Shown: one piece after another, positions 25,283 to 42,908 of the stretch
Numbering within the stretch: the stretch's first letter is position 1
Layout: the number at the start of each line of letters is the position of its first letter
Source of the DNA: Daphnia carinata
Lineage: Eukaryota
NCBI RefSeq assembly: GCF_022539665.2
Contig: NC_081331.1
Location: forward strand, 9,300,001 to 9,364,000
Direction: 5' to 3'
Length of the DNA stretch: 64,000 nt
Program-made: the position numbers and the translations under genes
The notes under the pieces: generated by a model
The model's input: the letters and a program-made list of their open reading frames with translations, nothing else
The model's database searches: none
Told to the model about the DNA's origin: nothing

Positions 25283-28200
25283 TGCGTCAAAAGTAAAAAA
25301 TCAGTGAAATTCAACCCTCGTTGATGAAAATTCTTTATTTGTCACTCTTGAGCAAATACCGTTACCAGAATGCAAAAATATGCTCTAGACCCACTTTAGG
25401 CCTTTGTACAGTGGTTTAAACATGGCATCATACGACCGGGTGACGCAAATAGACTGCAGGTTTGGTGTAGAGAGATGGTGGGGGGCATTGGAACGCAAAA
25501 ATGAATTTTGCTTCTCCTTAGTTCAAGGATACCAAATTCGAACCCAAAAAAAAGTACACAATTTTGCAGTTTATCATCCCAATCTACTAGCTGATGTTGT
25601 TTTGCATGGTTACAAGAACTGTTTTTCGTTCTCAGAAACTTGTAGAGCCTTTAACACGAAGACATTTTTAGAAAATCTTATAATTCCCTTCTGATCCAAT
25701 TTTTTAAAGCAGCTTTTGTAACAGCAGGAGATGGAATTTTTGTCAGGCCAAATAATTGTTTTTTCGCTAAAAATTTTGCAAATTAAGTCAAAATTTAGAA
25801 TCTCATATATTTTGGTATGAGGTTACCAATCCCCGTCGAAAATTAATTCGTCATATTTCTAGTGGTTTAATAAATTAAGTGGATCAAGATCTCCAACGCT
25901 ATGCTCGTAAACGAGCACCTTAAAAATAGTTTAGGGCCTAAAATATCAAAGGGCATATCATTAGATAGGAGCGAATTCCAACCAGGTCCCAACGTAATGA
26001 TTCACGATGACTAATCTAAAAATGTGTCGTTTTGATTCCGTAATATGGAGGTTATATACGGATGTGATCACTAGGAATAAATGCGTGGAGGAGTCCAGAG
26101 ATGACGTATAACTCAACCGATCGGACACCATAGCTGAAATGTGTAGAAAGGAGAGTAATTAAAGGCGAATTGAAAAACTGCAACGTGCGATAAATATTAC
26201 AGGACATCGCTGATAATAAACCTATGGGTATCATTGTAGCCTAAGCCGTAAATATAAGCCTGTATATACAATACACAAAAAGGAGATTAATTATTAGAAC
26301 AAAAAACCGACATAGTAACAAGATCAATAGTTGGCAGTTTGTGGTAAGCGTTCTGTGAATTGTTGTCAGTTTTCCGGGTCGAATCAGGACGTTCTTTCGT
26401 ACACATTCAGCAATGAAGCTGAGCAATTTACCATGTTTATGTCCAGTGTTAGCAAACGTGACATTTCTGCTGCGCTGTAGGTCACCTCGAGATGTTGGCC
26501 GAATGGCCTTGTCTAAGCAAAGTAGACAACTTTGAACAAAAAACCTTAAGTTGTACAACGCTTGTAGATACTAATTAATTCTAACAAAGCAAAAGACGTG
26601 GTAACTTCCCACATTGTTTTCGTCGATTTGAGTGCGGGCGTTACAGGTTACAGCTTTACTAGCGAAACATAGGTTATATGCTTCTAAAGCAGCTGGCAAG
26701 TCGAGATTATTGCACTGGTACGGCTGATCTGATCAACAGCTTCGCCGGACGTAAAAAAAGAAATGACCCTGCATGCTGAATTCAGGAATCACGCCAAGAG
26801 TTGTCCCGGCTTGGCGATGGATGGATGGATTGCCCGGATGGTAACATCGCTGGGTAGAGAGCTGAAAAAATCGGTAAATGGAAGCATCCTTATCTACACG
26901 GACTAATGTATTATTTATAAATTGACGATGAGGTATCAGACGACCCTGCGGCCGAGAGCCAAACTCTACAACAGCCAACAATTTTGCCTCTGCCTGTAGC
27001 TCCCTCCCGCCCTCCCTCCTCCTTTTTTTTCACCAGTTTTCACTTTAATTTTGTTGGGCTTTTTTTAGGCTTTTTTTTTTCAATGTTTTTTTGTTTGTTT
27101 TTTTTGTGTGCGTTTTTCCTTTTTTGTATTTGAACGTACTGTATAGGAAACTTGTTTGGGATTCTATGTAGTGGAGCGACAGGCGGTCCTGACGGAGTGG
27201 ATGGAAGAAAGACGCAGCGCTGGGCCAAGAGGAGCAAAACCCAATCAAGACCGAAATAACAACAAGTGGAGAGGTATGGGGCTCATACACTTATCCAGGG
27301 AGAAGAAGAGGATGGGTAAGAGTTGGAGAAAAAAAAGCTGGAAAAGCAAAGGAGAGAAGAACAGGGCGTATGGTTTCGTTGTCTTTATACTCGTCGAATG
27401 GAATGGCGCTAGGCTGCTAGGGATTTTCTCCGGCCAACCGCACTGTTTCCTTGCTAACACAAACAGACAGCAGTTGTGTTGGCGACCAGGCCAACTAGAA
27501 TAGTACCACAATAAGCAACCGCTGCGAGTCGCTGATCGGCCGTTCCTGGCTGGAATCAAAGATGGCGTCGGCTTTAAGATACGACGTCGGAGAGCGACCG
27601 AAAGTCACTGGTCGGCAGGTCCGGGCCGGTGCTTGTTCACATCACGCAAGCTCTCTCGTCTCCTGGTACCGTGGATTCTCTTACCTGCACCTGAGAATAT
27701 ATATCGTCAGTCTACTAGCAGCGCAACACCTAGTCTGACCCTAGGCTCAGCTGGTTCAACACCGAGTGAGCAGTGGCGTCAGAGAACAACTCCACTTCGA
27801 CTAACTGGACGTCGGCCGCTGGTTAGCTCAATCCCGTAACAGTTGCCCGTTCCCTCTTCAAGGCGATTCCTTGAGAAGTTCTTTGCTACCGCTCCCCTGT
27901 CCTGCTCCTCCCCTCCACCAGTCCCCACTTGCCTATTCTAGGAGGGAACTGGAAAGCTGCGAATTTTGGCTTTGTCCACACAGTGGTGTAGGTCCGCTGC
28001 TGTAGTCACGCCGCTCCCGATACCAAGTGGTGAGTGTTCCGTTGCAGTGTGTGCTCGTCGACCAACGACAACGCTGTGGCTCGATAATTAGTCCGTTCGA
28101 GCTACTGCTGGATACATACTCTTTACTCAGGGTATTATAGGCCAACGTCGTGCTACCGATCACCTTTCATCATTGGGTAAAACCGATTAAAAGCATTTTT

Positions 28201-29956
28201 TAATTTTTTTATCCTACTACTCTGAGCGACGAGATTTCATCAAAAACTGATTAGACAGCAATTTTTGTTTTGCGTTCGCCTAAAACTCTTTACTCTTGTA
28301 ATCTTCTTTCGATTTTTTTGTTTAAAACTGCTCGTGTGTCGCTCTTGGCAGATTCCGTTATTTTTTTTCTTCGTTTTATTCGAACGAAAATCAGTCGTAA
28401 AAAATGAGAAAGGGAAAGTCAAACTGAAAAAGCAAAACAAAAAAACGTAAATGATTTGCAAATGTGTGATTTTCTTTCTGCCCACAAAAGGACTCGCCCA
28501 AAGCCTCCAGCTGATTGGCGAGTAGAAAATAAACTTATACAACGCTGTTCAAAGAATAAAGTATGGGGCCGATTAGCGTGGGTCAAGAAATTTCTGGGGA
28601 AAAAGGGCTGAGATATTTCAATTTTGACTCGATGCCAGCCTGGTCTTGCCACACTACATCAGGTGCCAGTGCCTCCGCCAGTGCCCAGCTTCCTCTGCTG
28701 AAAATATATCGCCCCTCCCCCGGCTGTTCTTGCTGTGCCAACCGCCCTTTTAAAGCCAATTACCCAAAATACCGCATGCTCGACGTTCGACACCATCTTC
28801 TTATTGGAATAAGGGAAGAGCGCCATGGCTATCTGATGGATAAATGCTTTAGCACAAATCCATCTGATGCAACAGCACAGATCGAAGGTTTTCGTTCCAG
28901 CTCTCATGTAACGTTACGTATTTGCAGCTTTTTGTTTTGCAAATAGTTTACAATTCGAAACTTGTTAGGAAATAGTTACGTTGCCTCTTCGCCACGTCGA
29001 TAACAAGTGTGAGTTCCACAGTTAAAATATTCGTCAACGACAATACGTTGAGTTTTAATGAGATTCGAGTGATATTCAGAAACCGAGTAAAAATAACAAT
29101 TGCAGACAAGAAGTCGAATGTTCAAATTTTGGCACGTGAGTTCCATGTCTAAAATTGAAATCGAGCGAAAATAAATCGCCCGCCGCAAACGGAGAATCAG
29201 TCATAGTTGGTGTCACGGAAAGCACGTGACGAAGCATTCTCCAATCAATTTCGTCCACGAAATCCCCCTCCCCCCTTACCAAAGAAATCCCCGTCCCTCT
29301 TCCTTCTTTTCGTTTGCGTGCCCATCTGACTTCATTTGTTTTACGTGTTTCCATGGCCGTAGTAGTCTTTGCATAGAACATGTCACTATAATCATTGAAT
29401 TGTGTACGACTACCAAGGAGTACTTGTACGTCTAATTAGTTTTTCTACTCAATCACCGCATTTGATCCTTTTCATAAGTGCAATTTATCTTTTGATACTA
29501 TTTCAAATAGTGTGAAACTGTCGACCAGTGGCTTGGACCAATTGAATTTTCACAGCTGGTACTCACATGGTTTTCCCTTTAGACATAGACTTTTCAAAGT
29601 AGATCGCCATACACGTCCTCACATAGAGAACACATTTTTTTTTTAGAAGGATTTAATCGTTATTGTCTTAAAGTATGTTTATCTAATACTTCTGGTTTGA
29701 AAGAACTGTAATCCATAGTGTGCTGCATGTCCTTTGGTTCTTAGCCTAGTGTGTTCTGTTAAAAAAAAAAAAAAAAAAATTGTGTAACCTTCTTAAACAG
29801 TAATCACCTAAACTATTGTTACATACAACCCTAACTTAATACCTTGCCTATTGTAACTTTCTACAGCATTCAGCCTTTTAATATAAATATTTGTTTATTC
29901 ATTCCAGATATTGTGGCCAACTTGACAGTACTGTGTTACTACAGTAATATTTCACC

Positions 29957-34201
<4,245 letters not shown>

Positions 34202-36290
34202 TTGGGCGTATCATCCCACATCAGCAGAGATCAATCTACCACGAAGGATTCGCATTTCTCATTCCACACTTCTGTCCTCTTTCCCACCAACCGCTCCGAT
34301 TCCATTTGGCTTTTTTCGAAATTTAGACATTAATTTACGATAAGCCTATTCCAATTCTTAAGAGTATGCAAAATGGTCACACGGCTACGGCCTCATATGA
34401 TTAGATTTATTTTAGGTATTATTACTACTTTTTTTAAATAAAAATTTCCTCGTCTTTCCTTGTGAATTCGTGTGAATCCCGCGAGACTTCGTTATGGTCC
34501 TTTCCATTTTCCTGCTATTTCTCTTCTACCATGTCCCTACAATTCAGGTAAGGTAGCATAAAACAAAGCATGTGCACTTTTAATAAGCCCCTTTTCCTGA
34601 TTGTAAACCTAATTTTTCGGATGGGCGTTCGAATCGGCTCCAACAATGTCACTTCAGTTATTGGTACAGGTAGAAGCTGTTTGGCTCTACTCGTAACATA
34701 CATTCAAATGCCTGAGTGACTTGTTGGATTGCTTTCCTCTTCAGAGTTGAACTGCGACTGCCAGACGATTACCCTATCTTTCCCCGTGTGTCAAGCCATT
34801 AACCAAAATTTAATGCCTCGTTACGTGGGGCGTGTCCGTGCTCTCGCGTGCTCGCCACGCCTGTATGTATGTGTAAGTGTGGGCGCGTGCGTGTGTAGTC
34901 TGATGCAGGATTCGTTCATTGAATGAACTCTCTCGTAGCTTAGTCTTTGCCTTGATTCTGATTTTCTTTTTTTCTCATACTCTGGTTTCATATACCGTTT
35001 CAGACAATAACGTGAAAATATTGAAAACTAATGCGTTGACTTGTGATGCATTCTTGTACATTCGACCGAACTTTGGAAAAGGAATACAACTGAAGAATGG
35101 AACCCTCAGTTGGAAAATCGACAACGTGTGCAACTGTGCATGGTGGATGCAAATACCAATCCATTTTTTTTCACACGTGTTCGTTTTGTATAACCTTTTA
35201 ACCGACAACTTTATAGCTTAACCACAGATGCCTCAGAACACATAACCCGAATTCTACTGAGTAAGACTTACTGTTGCCATCTGGATTTTGGTAAGTTTTT
35301 GAGTGTGATATAACGTTGTCGTGTGGTATTAAAACATTTGCAATTCTAGTTTTAAGTGATGTGTGTTGTGCTCCCTAATTGTGTTCTTTGCATTTATTCC
35401 CTCTTTTTTTTATCTTTATTTATTTAACTTCAGTTATTGGGTGTTAAACGAAGCCAACCGTCGGAAGCCTTTCGCACATTCTTCTGATTTCCTGAGAATT
35501 CACCCATCCACCCTTCAACTTCTCCTGCATCTCAAACTGGACATTTGTCTCAAAAATATATCCCATTACTTAGAAATTTTTCCCCCACAAACTCTACCCT
35601 TGACTCCTATCTTAGCTGTCCCTCCTTTTGCTCCACAATGGTGTTTTCCCCATTTTTTCTCCTGCCGAAACGTATGGATTTGTAAAGTTTACAACTGCGT
35701 CACGTGTGTGACCTGTGAGTATTGAAACCGAGAGTTATAGCACGAGGCATGCGGAACAGGTTCCTTGAAGTATTCACAAACTTATGCCTTGACGACTTAA
35801 CGCACAATGAGTAGTTTTATGTCAACGCTAGAAAACATAATTTTTACATGCAGCCTGCAATATGGAATCTACTTGTATCGTCAGCTTAAAAGATCCTAAC
35901 TTTTCAACGGCGGCTTTATGTTCAGTGGAGTCCGGGCTTGTCTTGGTTAGAGGCAGGTCCTTGGTCGCTCTTTTTTGTTGTGTAAGAAGCGTAGTGGCTG
36001 TTCAGCGGTGCGAAGTCAGCCCGTGAACACGTTATACATCTGTTTTTAGTATATTTGGCACCATCACATGAAAACAGGCTTAAGTGGCACTTGAAGATGT
36101 TACTGACAATCGTCAGTACCGCTACTCGTATTAACAACGTCATCGCCATGAAAATATGTTATTCACCTTCGTGCAATCTGATAGCATTCACTGCTGCTGC
36201 TATTCTAGTGGAACGGTTTTGTTTGATTACAGGAAGACTAGAAGGTATATACTAATCACTGTCTATTTGGACTTGTCTTTTTTCTTGCAG

Positions 36291-36960
36291 CTCCGGTCAA
36301 GAAGGATTAAAAATCATCAGATCCAGAGACGGGCTGCTCGAGTGACTTCACCCTTCGTGCGGCAACTGGAGTGTACCTTTTTCGCTCACCTGTTACCGCA
36401 CCGTTACGTGTGACTCCCTTTTTCTTTCTTTCTCGTTCTTGCTTTCCCATTTTGGATTTTCTTTGCTCTACTACAAGTTTTCTTCGGTTGGGTGAAGTAT
36501 GGAAGGGCCCTGCAAGCAAAATACTAGAGTTGGTTGTGCCTACCTTTCTTATTTGTTTTTGTTCTCGTTACAGCGCCTTTTCTTATTCAACATCAGGTCA
36601 TCACCGTTTGACAGAAATCCCATATAATCTTTGATCCTTTTATTTACACATTGTGTAGTGCCTTGCGCATTTGAAAGAAACTTCCGTGTAGTCGAGATGA
36701 AACGCCAAAACAATCAACATAAGTAGTATGGTATTGAAAGAAGCATTCGAATTTTTCAGATCTTACCATGTCAAAGTCGTGCGTCTTTTTCTTCACGTCC
36801 TACTCCTCTGTTCTGTAACCTGTTTTTAATCAAGCTGTCACCAGGTCGTTTATAATACTTTTTGTGTGCAGTTGACTCTTCCCCTCTGTTCCCAATTTAA
36901 GTAAAGTCATGTGGCCTCTTCTGCTCTTTAGTCAAACTTCAATAAAAAAAAATACAGAAT
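36291..36960 (+). other. SERCA: Candidate alternative terminal exon of SERCA (coding 36291-36310, tail APVKKD*), followed by 3' UTR
   Basis: Branch-like ACTAAT at 36251 and a strong pyrimidine tract ending TTTCTTGCAG at 36290. Phase matches the donor GACG|GTGAGA at 34118/34119. AATAAA at 36941-36946. Confidence 0.65.
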
Positions 36961-37337
36961 ATTATTAAGAAAAGATCGACTACCGATGTGGTAGTTGGCC
37001 GTCAACACCTCAAACTCCAGTTCGGGCGATGTCGAGGCAAGCGCTTTTCTGAAGCGCCAATATTTCTAATTCACCCAATATTTTTAATGTCTCCACCCCC
37101 AACTCTATGAAAGTTGAAGAAATAAAAAATGGTGCAACCAAGATATGGATTCATTTATTCTTTGCCTGAACACATGTCCACCACAAATTAAAACTTACTA
37201 GGACATTAAGCATCAAAATATCGATAAATCAATGCATTTGTGGCGTCGCCTGTTTGTACACAGATTTAACTAGTAAACAATCAAACATTTTGCAGAGTTT
37301 TAGGTTGAGTCTTAATGATCAGTAATCTTTCCTTCCA

Positions 37338-38103
37338 CTATTCAAATCCTGTGGTATCTGGAGTACAATTGTCTTCAGATTTGTTCTCAGGATCATCTTC
37401 CGGCTTGTTTTTGGGGTGATCTTCAGGCTCATCTGCCGTATCTGGTGTATCAGAACTGCTGCTTGTTTCTTGCTGTGATGACCTACTAGCATCTGTTTTA
37501 TGTTTCTTCCCTGTAGCTTTCATAAGCTGTTTCTTTTTTAGTCGCTTGGCTCTTTTCTTTGCGGTTCTTTCCTCTGCTTGTCTTTGATTGTTTTCCAGTT
37601 TTTGTCTGAAATCTTCATCTTTTTTATCCTACAACAAATTTGAACAAGGCTGATGGGATATAATTCAAAATCTATAACATAATGCAATCTACCTTTTCAG
37701 ACATGATTTGAATATTTTTTTGTCTTGCATATTCTCTTCTACGAATGTGACGATAGACATGAAATTCCCCACTTCCAGCACCAGCACTTGAGCCCATTAC
37801 ATTTCTTACAAAGTCTGGAGGATCTGATACAGCTTTTTTTTCTTTTGGCCTTTCTGGTAATTGTACTGGCTTCTCCTATGAACAGATCATGCGTCAATAC
37901 TTAACACCTTTATGTTCTCTCGGTAAAAACTAATAGCGCATTAAATGTTCGTCTTAAAGGGAGAAGTCAATGATATTAACACATCTTACAGGATTTCTCA
38001 TGAGACGATCGAGTTTCATTCTTTGATAATCGTACGTGTTTTTTACAACAACAACCTCTTTCGGCTCGCGCACTTTCTTTTTTTTTTCGGTTGATTCTGC
38101 CAT
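37338..38103 (-). CDS. PRKRIP1: PRKR-interacting protein 1 homolog (spliceosome-associated)
   Basis: Three exons stay in frame through all homopolymer runs: [38 protein letters not shown] / [61 protein letters not shown] / [35 protein letters not shown]...[21 protein letters not shown] is the family signature. Confidence 0.93.
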
Positions 38104-38792
38104 TACACTACAATAGAATCACTGTATGTAGTAAAAACGGGACTTTAAAACAAATGACAAGTCTATAAATGTCAAACACCGTTTTTAATTAAAGCTGTTG
38201 AGTGACTACCATCCCTTGCCCTGGTAACATTTACCACTATTTAAAACAACTTGGTATCTGTGGCCTAGGCCAATGGTTTTTCAAAGCCTCTTCTAGCCAA
38301 CATGGTCTCCGCGAATTGACTGCTTGACCGAGACTAGGGCTCGGCCCCGCGACGATCGGGCACGATTTTGGCCGACCCGCGCGGTTTTTTTTTTTAAAGG
38401 ACAAACCGGTGCGGTTCGGTTTGCCAATTTTTCCAAACCGATTGAACCGCGGTTTGACACGAAATTTGTATCCCTTTACGGTTTTGCAGGGTTTGCACTA
38501 TGAATTTCCAGTTTGCATAGGACAATACATCAGTAACAGAGTTTGCCGCTAGATGGCGGAAAGATCGAACCAATTTTCGATCGCGATACTTACAAGTCTG
38601 ATTGGAAATTTTATTTCAAACAAGTTTCAGACCGCCATTACGTTCATAGCAATTAGTGATAATTACTTGATTTGTAATTTTAGCAAAATTTCAAAAAAAA
38701 ATTTTTAATAGCGGTTCAAACCGGTTTGGCCCAGTTGCAAACCGAAAACCGAACCGCAGTCAAAAATGGCTAAACCGAACCGACGGTTTGAC

Positions 38793-40496
38793 CATAGATA
38801 AAGACGACTGGTTCGTCATGTCCATAAGACAAATAGCATGGGCTGCTGACGCAAAAATTTAGGGTACCCTTCCTACGATTTTTTGGATCCTTACTCTGAT
38901 TATACTGCCATCTAGTGGAGGTTTTGATCACTACTGAAGGTGTAAATAGCTTTCCATTAACCGCCATTGTTCGTGCCAGCTTGTGGCGTCCTGAAGCTAG
39001 GTTTGGCTTGAAAATGTCGTTCCCTAAAGAAAATAAGAATAGGATAGGTTTGTACAGTTTGATTTACGGAGTAATCTGTTATAATGTTGAAGGACCAAAG
39101 TAAATAATAATTTAGTTTAAAGGTTACGATATGACAGACAGCTTTGGTAAATGGAAAAAAGGGAAACAAGAACTTGAAACTGTCATCTAACCAAAATTTG
39201 AAGAAAATTGAGCCAAAAAACCAAGAGCCAGATAAAAAGCGAGGACCCATTGACATCGTCACTCGTAAAAAGCAACTCTTCTGAAGATATTTTCATTTCT
39301 AGCTTATTTACCAATATTGCAACTCGGGGTGTTTCTTCAGCTCAAGATCTCGATAGTAACAAAGTTGGTGTTGACCACAATAGTTTTACCCAAAAAATTT
39401 ACACGAGGAACCATGCTTCTAATCCTGAAAGAACTGCAATATCGTCTAGCAGCTAAACTCTCATAATTCACAGGTATGTGTAAATCTTTATATTTAAGGA
39501 AGACCAGCCAGCCAGCTTATATCATCTATTTTCAGGGAGAAAATGAAACCCTAACTTGAGCGGAAGTTAGATAAATTGAAGAAGAGATACTAAAAAGGAA
39601 AAATAAAAAGGTGACGTCCAAAATAGCAAAACTTTCAACAACCAGAAAAAGTAAAAATTTTGGAAGGCAAAAGTAAAGTTGAGAAGGCAAGAAGCATTGT
39701 AGAGAAACAGGCATTGGAAGGTTCTCTTCAAAGAGCTGAAGGTTTAAGGTAAACTTTCAGTTTGACAAAAAAATTTTAAGATCTTCAAAAATTTTTACCT
39801 TTCTGTATTACAATAGGTAAAAGACGATGTGAATTGCTTGCTAAATCAATTAAAAAACGCGATAAAATCAAATCACAAAGTAAAAATAAGTGGACCAATG
39901 CATTGAAGAACAGAAAAGGAGAAAAGCTAACATTAAGAAACATGAAAAGAAAGAACCTAAACTAATGAAATAAGGCCAATTTATCATATTAATGAGCGAT
40001 ACTGACTCTTGGATGAGTTAACTCGTGTTCTATTATGTCCAAAACGTGTTATAGTTTTGTATTAAAATACACTGGCATGATTCCCATGTTCGTGGAAAAT
40101 TTTAAGTAACAAATCTTTGATTCATTTAAAAAGATTTAATGGCTTAATCATAAACATTAACCACAGACACATCACATTAATCAACTTAACATTAATCTCA
40201 GACTCAAAAAAAAGGTCTTTTATGGTGGAAAATGATCAAAATTGATTTTTCATTATTAGCACCTTTGTTAGCATCAAGACATAAGATTTTAATATTATTC
40301 CTATAAACATTATTTATCAAATGTTAATAATAATGAGCTGGCCTACATGTAAACATATATAGTTTTCAACACCCGCCAAAAGTCCCTCAACCCTATTTCT
40401 ATTGGCGTTCAAAGTTCTTTCCTTTGTCCGCGAGAGGCACTGTAACTAGAGTAAGCATTTCTTTCTGCGCCAACATGGTCTCCGGAATTGACTATG
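38793..40496. mobile_element. Element C: 1.7-kb insertion with CATAG...CTATG termini carrying a SURF6-like gene copy (P-like, Pack-type)
   Basis: 7-bp duplication GTTTGAC at 38786-38792 and 40497-40503; the intact B copy has a single GTTTGAC at this position. Terminal complementarity is only 5 bp. Confidence 0.75.
39014..39970 (+). pseudogene. SURF6: SURF6-like pseudogene with introns and an internal deletion
   Basis: Homologous to 53651-55550. Spliced C-terminal part reads EKQALEGSLQRAEGL(K)/VKDDV(E)LLAKSIKKRDKIKSQSKNKW, matching the SURF6 ...AW..AL.RAEG.KVKDD..LL.KS motif. Has frameshifts and stops. Confidence 0.7.
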
Positions 40497-40570
40497 GTTT
40501 GACGATTTTTAAATGAAAAACCGCGGTTTGCCCCGATCAACGACGATCGGGGCCGAGCCCTAACCGAGAC

Positions 40571-42121
40571 TAGGGCTCCGCCCCGCGACGATCGAGCACG
40601 ATTTTTGCCGACCCTCGCGGATGTTTTTTTCAGGCTGGTCGCGAGGCAATATGTACTACTTAGTACATAATCGCGCCTGCAGTTTTCTTTATGGGGAAAG
40701 TGTATGTTTTCACCCCTAGGGCTTTGATTTGGTTGCTTTAATGGCTAAACCGTTAAAGTTAAACCAGTTAAACAAAAATGCGTGTAGCGCATGTCTTAAT
40801 TTTTTCAAAGCGAATATTATGAATTAGGTTTATATAAATTTATATTTATAATACTATGATAATGTTCATAAATGTTACAATATAATAAATACACATATAT
40901 ACAGTATATTACAATTATATATATATATTTATACATACGTACAATTATATTTATATATTTATACATACATACAATTACAATATATATATTACTATTATAT
41001 ATATGTACAATAGTTATGGTAATTGAAATAAACGAATATAAGAGAAACAATTTTTTTATTACTTGTTAGCAAAATTAATTATGATATTCGCTGATTTAAT
41101 ATATAAATAATATAAATATAATATAAATCGATAGCCCTTGGTAAGGGCTATCCATTTTTAGATAATTGTAATCAATATTTTCAAATCGAAAAAATCTTAA
41201 ACGCAAAATGCGTTTTTGTTGTTTTTCGATCTAAGGTTCTAATGGACGCAACCGATAAAACAAAAAAATTGATGTTACACTTGAACTTTTTCGTTTTCCG
41301 AAAATTTAACATAAGTTTTATAGAATTAGATAGCTCTTGATAAGAGCTATCGATTGATGCAAAATTTGTCAATTTTAACTGTTTATTTTCTTCATAAATA
41401 ATTATTAAAGGATTTCATGATTTTAGAAAGGGGAGGGGGTGTGTGAAAAAGACGAAACTTTGCATTGATTGTTTGATGCTTAATCTTCGTCAAAACAGGA
41501 AACCATTATAATATTTTTGTTCCTGGTGATTGAGGAACAAGTTGTTCTAAACGTTTACTTTTAAGATGCTATATTTAACCCCAAAAATTACGTTTGAAAA
41601 AGTGGTTTTTGATAAACCATTATGGCGGCCATTTTTTTACCGCGCCAAGTTCAAATTTTAAAAAGTGTATATAAGTGTAAAAAATTTTAATTATACATAT
41701 TTACATTTTGTTTGTGTCTAGAAAATTTCAGCATTCCGTCTTATATTAAAAATTAACTAGATAATTTAAATAAATTTATTTCATGGGTTCTCATTTAATT
41801 TACAATTTTAGGTGTCTTTTTTCACATTCCGCATGGAAAACCACGTTTTATCGCGACTTCCGCGTGGAAAAGCTCCAAGCAGACAATATTAAAAAAAAAC
41901 AATTGACTAACGCCCTGCGCGTTTATCATTTACCCCATAAGAAAAAGTGCATCTGCAACTATGTACTACTTAGTACATATGTAGTGAGACCATGTTGGTT
42001 TTTTTTTAAAGGACAAACCAGTGCGGTTCAGTTTGCCGTTTTTTCCAAACAGATTGAACCGCGGTTTCAAGGTTTTTACCCGCAGTTTGTACCCGCGGTG
42101 TAAACTGCAGTTTACACCGCG
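40571..42121 (+). mobile_element. hAT-like MITE family B, copy 2 (tandem to copy 1, interrupted by family A, right end lost)
   Basis: Starts TAGGGCTCCGCCCCGCGACGATCG immediately after the TSD of copy 1 and resumes at 41998 with TTTAAAGGACAAACCAGTGCGGTTC. No right TIR found. Confidence 0.8.
40631..41997 (-). mobile_element. Non-autonomous DNA transposon family A, copy 2
   Basis: Reverse complement of 21711-23072; 8-bp TSD GTTTTTTT at 40623-40630 and 41998-42005, inside MITE B copy 2. Confidence 0.88.
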
Positions 42122-42390
42122 TATCTTAATTGGAAAGCATAACTTTTCCTAAATAATGGAGATACATTATCTAGCTATGTTTTTATAAAATCGGAATTAA
42201 TTTATATTAATATTTTTATATGCAAATTTAAAGCTTAATGGCTAAAGTAGCGTTTCATATTTACGACCTTGAAGCCGTCCATTATTGCCGCCCGTCGGTA
42301 TTGCCTGGGTCTACCTGACCAAAATTGGCCAATAGGAAAAAAGTGTAATGTTACTCCAGCAGACGAAATTTAAATGTCAAAGCCGGTGTG

Positions 42391-42908
42391 TAGGGCTTGG
42401 CCCCGAACGTCTTTGATCGGGGCAAACCGCGGTTTTTCATTTAAAAATCGTCAAACCGTCGGTTCGGTTTGGTCATTTTTTACTGCGGTTCGGTTTTCGG
42501 TTTGCAGCTGGGCAAAACCGGTTTGAACCGCCATTAAATTTTTTTTTTAATTTTGCTGAAATTCCAAATCAAGTAATTATCACTAATTGTGAGCGTAATG
42601 GCGATCGGCAACTTGTTGTAAATCAAATTTCCGATCAGACTTGTAGGCATCGCGATCGAAAATTGGTCGATCCTTCCGCCATCTAGCGACAAAATCTGTT
42701 ACTGATGTTATTGTCCTATGTAAACCGCAAATCCGCGGTGCAAACCGTAAAACCGCGGTGCAAACAGTAAAACCGCGATACAAACCGTCAAACCGCGGTT
42801 CAATCGGTTTGAAAAAACGGCAAACCGAACCGCACCGATTTGTCCTTTTAAAAAAAAAACCGCGGGGGTCGGCAAAATCGTGCACGATCGTCGCGGAGCC
42901 GAGCCCTA
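42391..42908 (-). mobile_element. hAT-like MITE family B, copy 3 (intact, 518 bp)
   Basis: TAGGGCTTGGCCCCG...GGAGCCGAGCCCTA; perfect 8-bp TSD CCGGTGTG at 42383-42390 and 42909-42916. Confidence 0.92.

Larger units (their letters stand above)
38335..40562 (+). mobile_element. hAT-like MITE family B, copy 1 (interrupted by element C)
   Basis: TIR TAGGGCTCGGCCCCG / CGGGGCCGAGCCCTA; 8-bp TSD ACCGAGAC at 38327-38334 and 40563-40570; AACCG/CGGTT subterminal repeats; colinear with the intact copy at 42391-42908. Confidence 0.9.

Noticed and set aside
24365..25923. TTAA-flanked (piggyBac or Kolobok) element
   Set aside because: TTAA sites exist but the inner ends are not complementary.
27562..27740. 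Short ATG-initiated ORF (MASALRYDVG...) upstream of SERCA
   Set aside because: Under 60 codons with no recognisable similarity; more likely promoter or UTR sequence.
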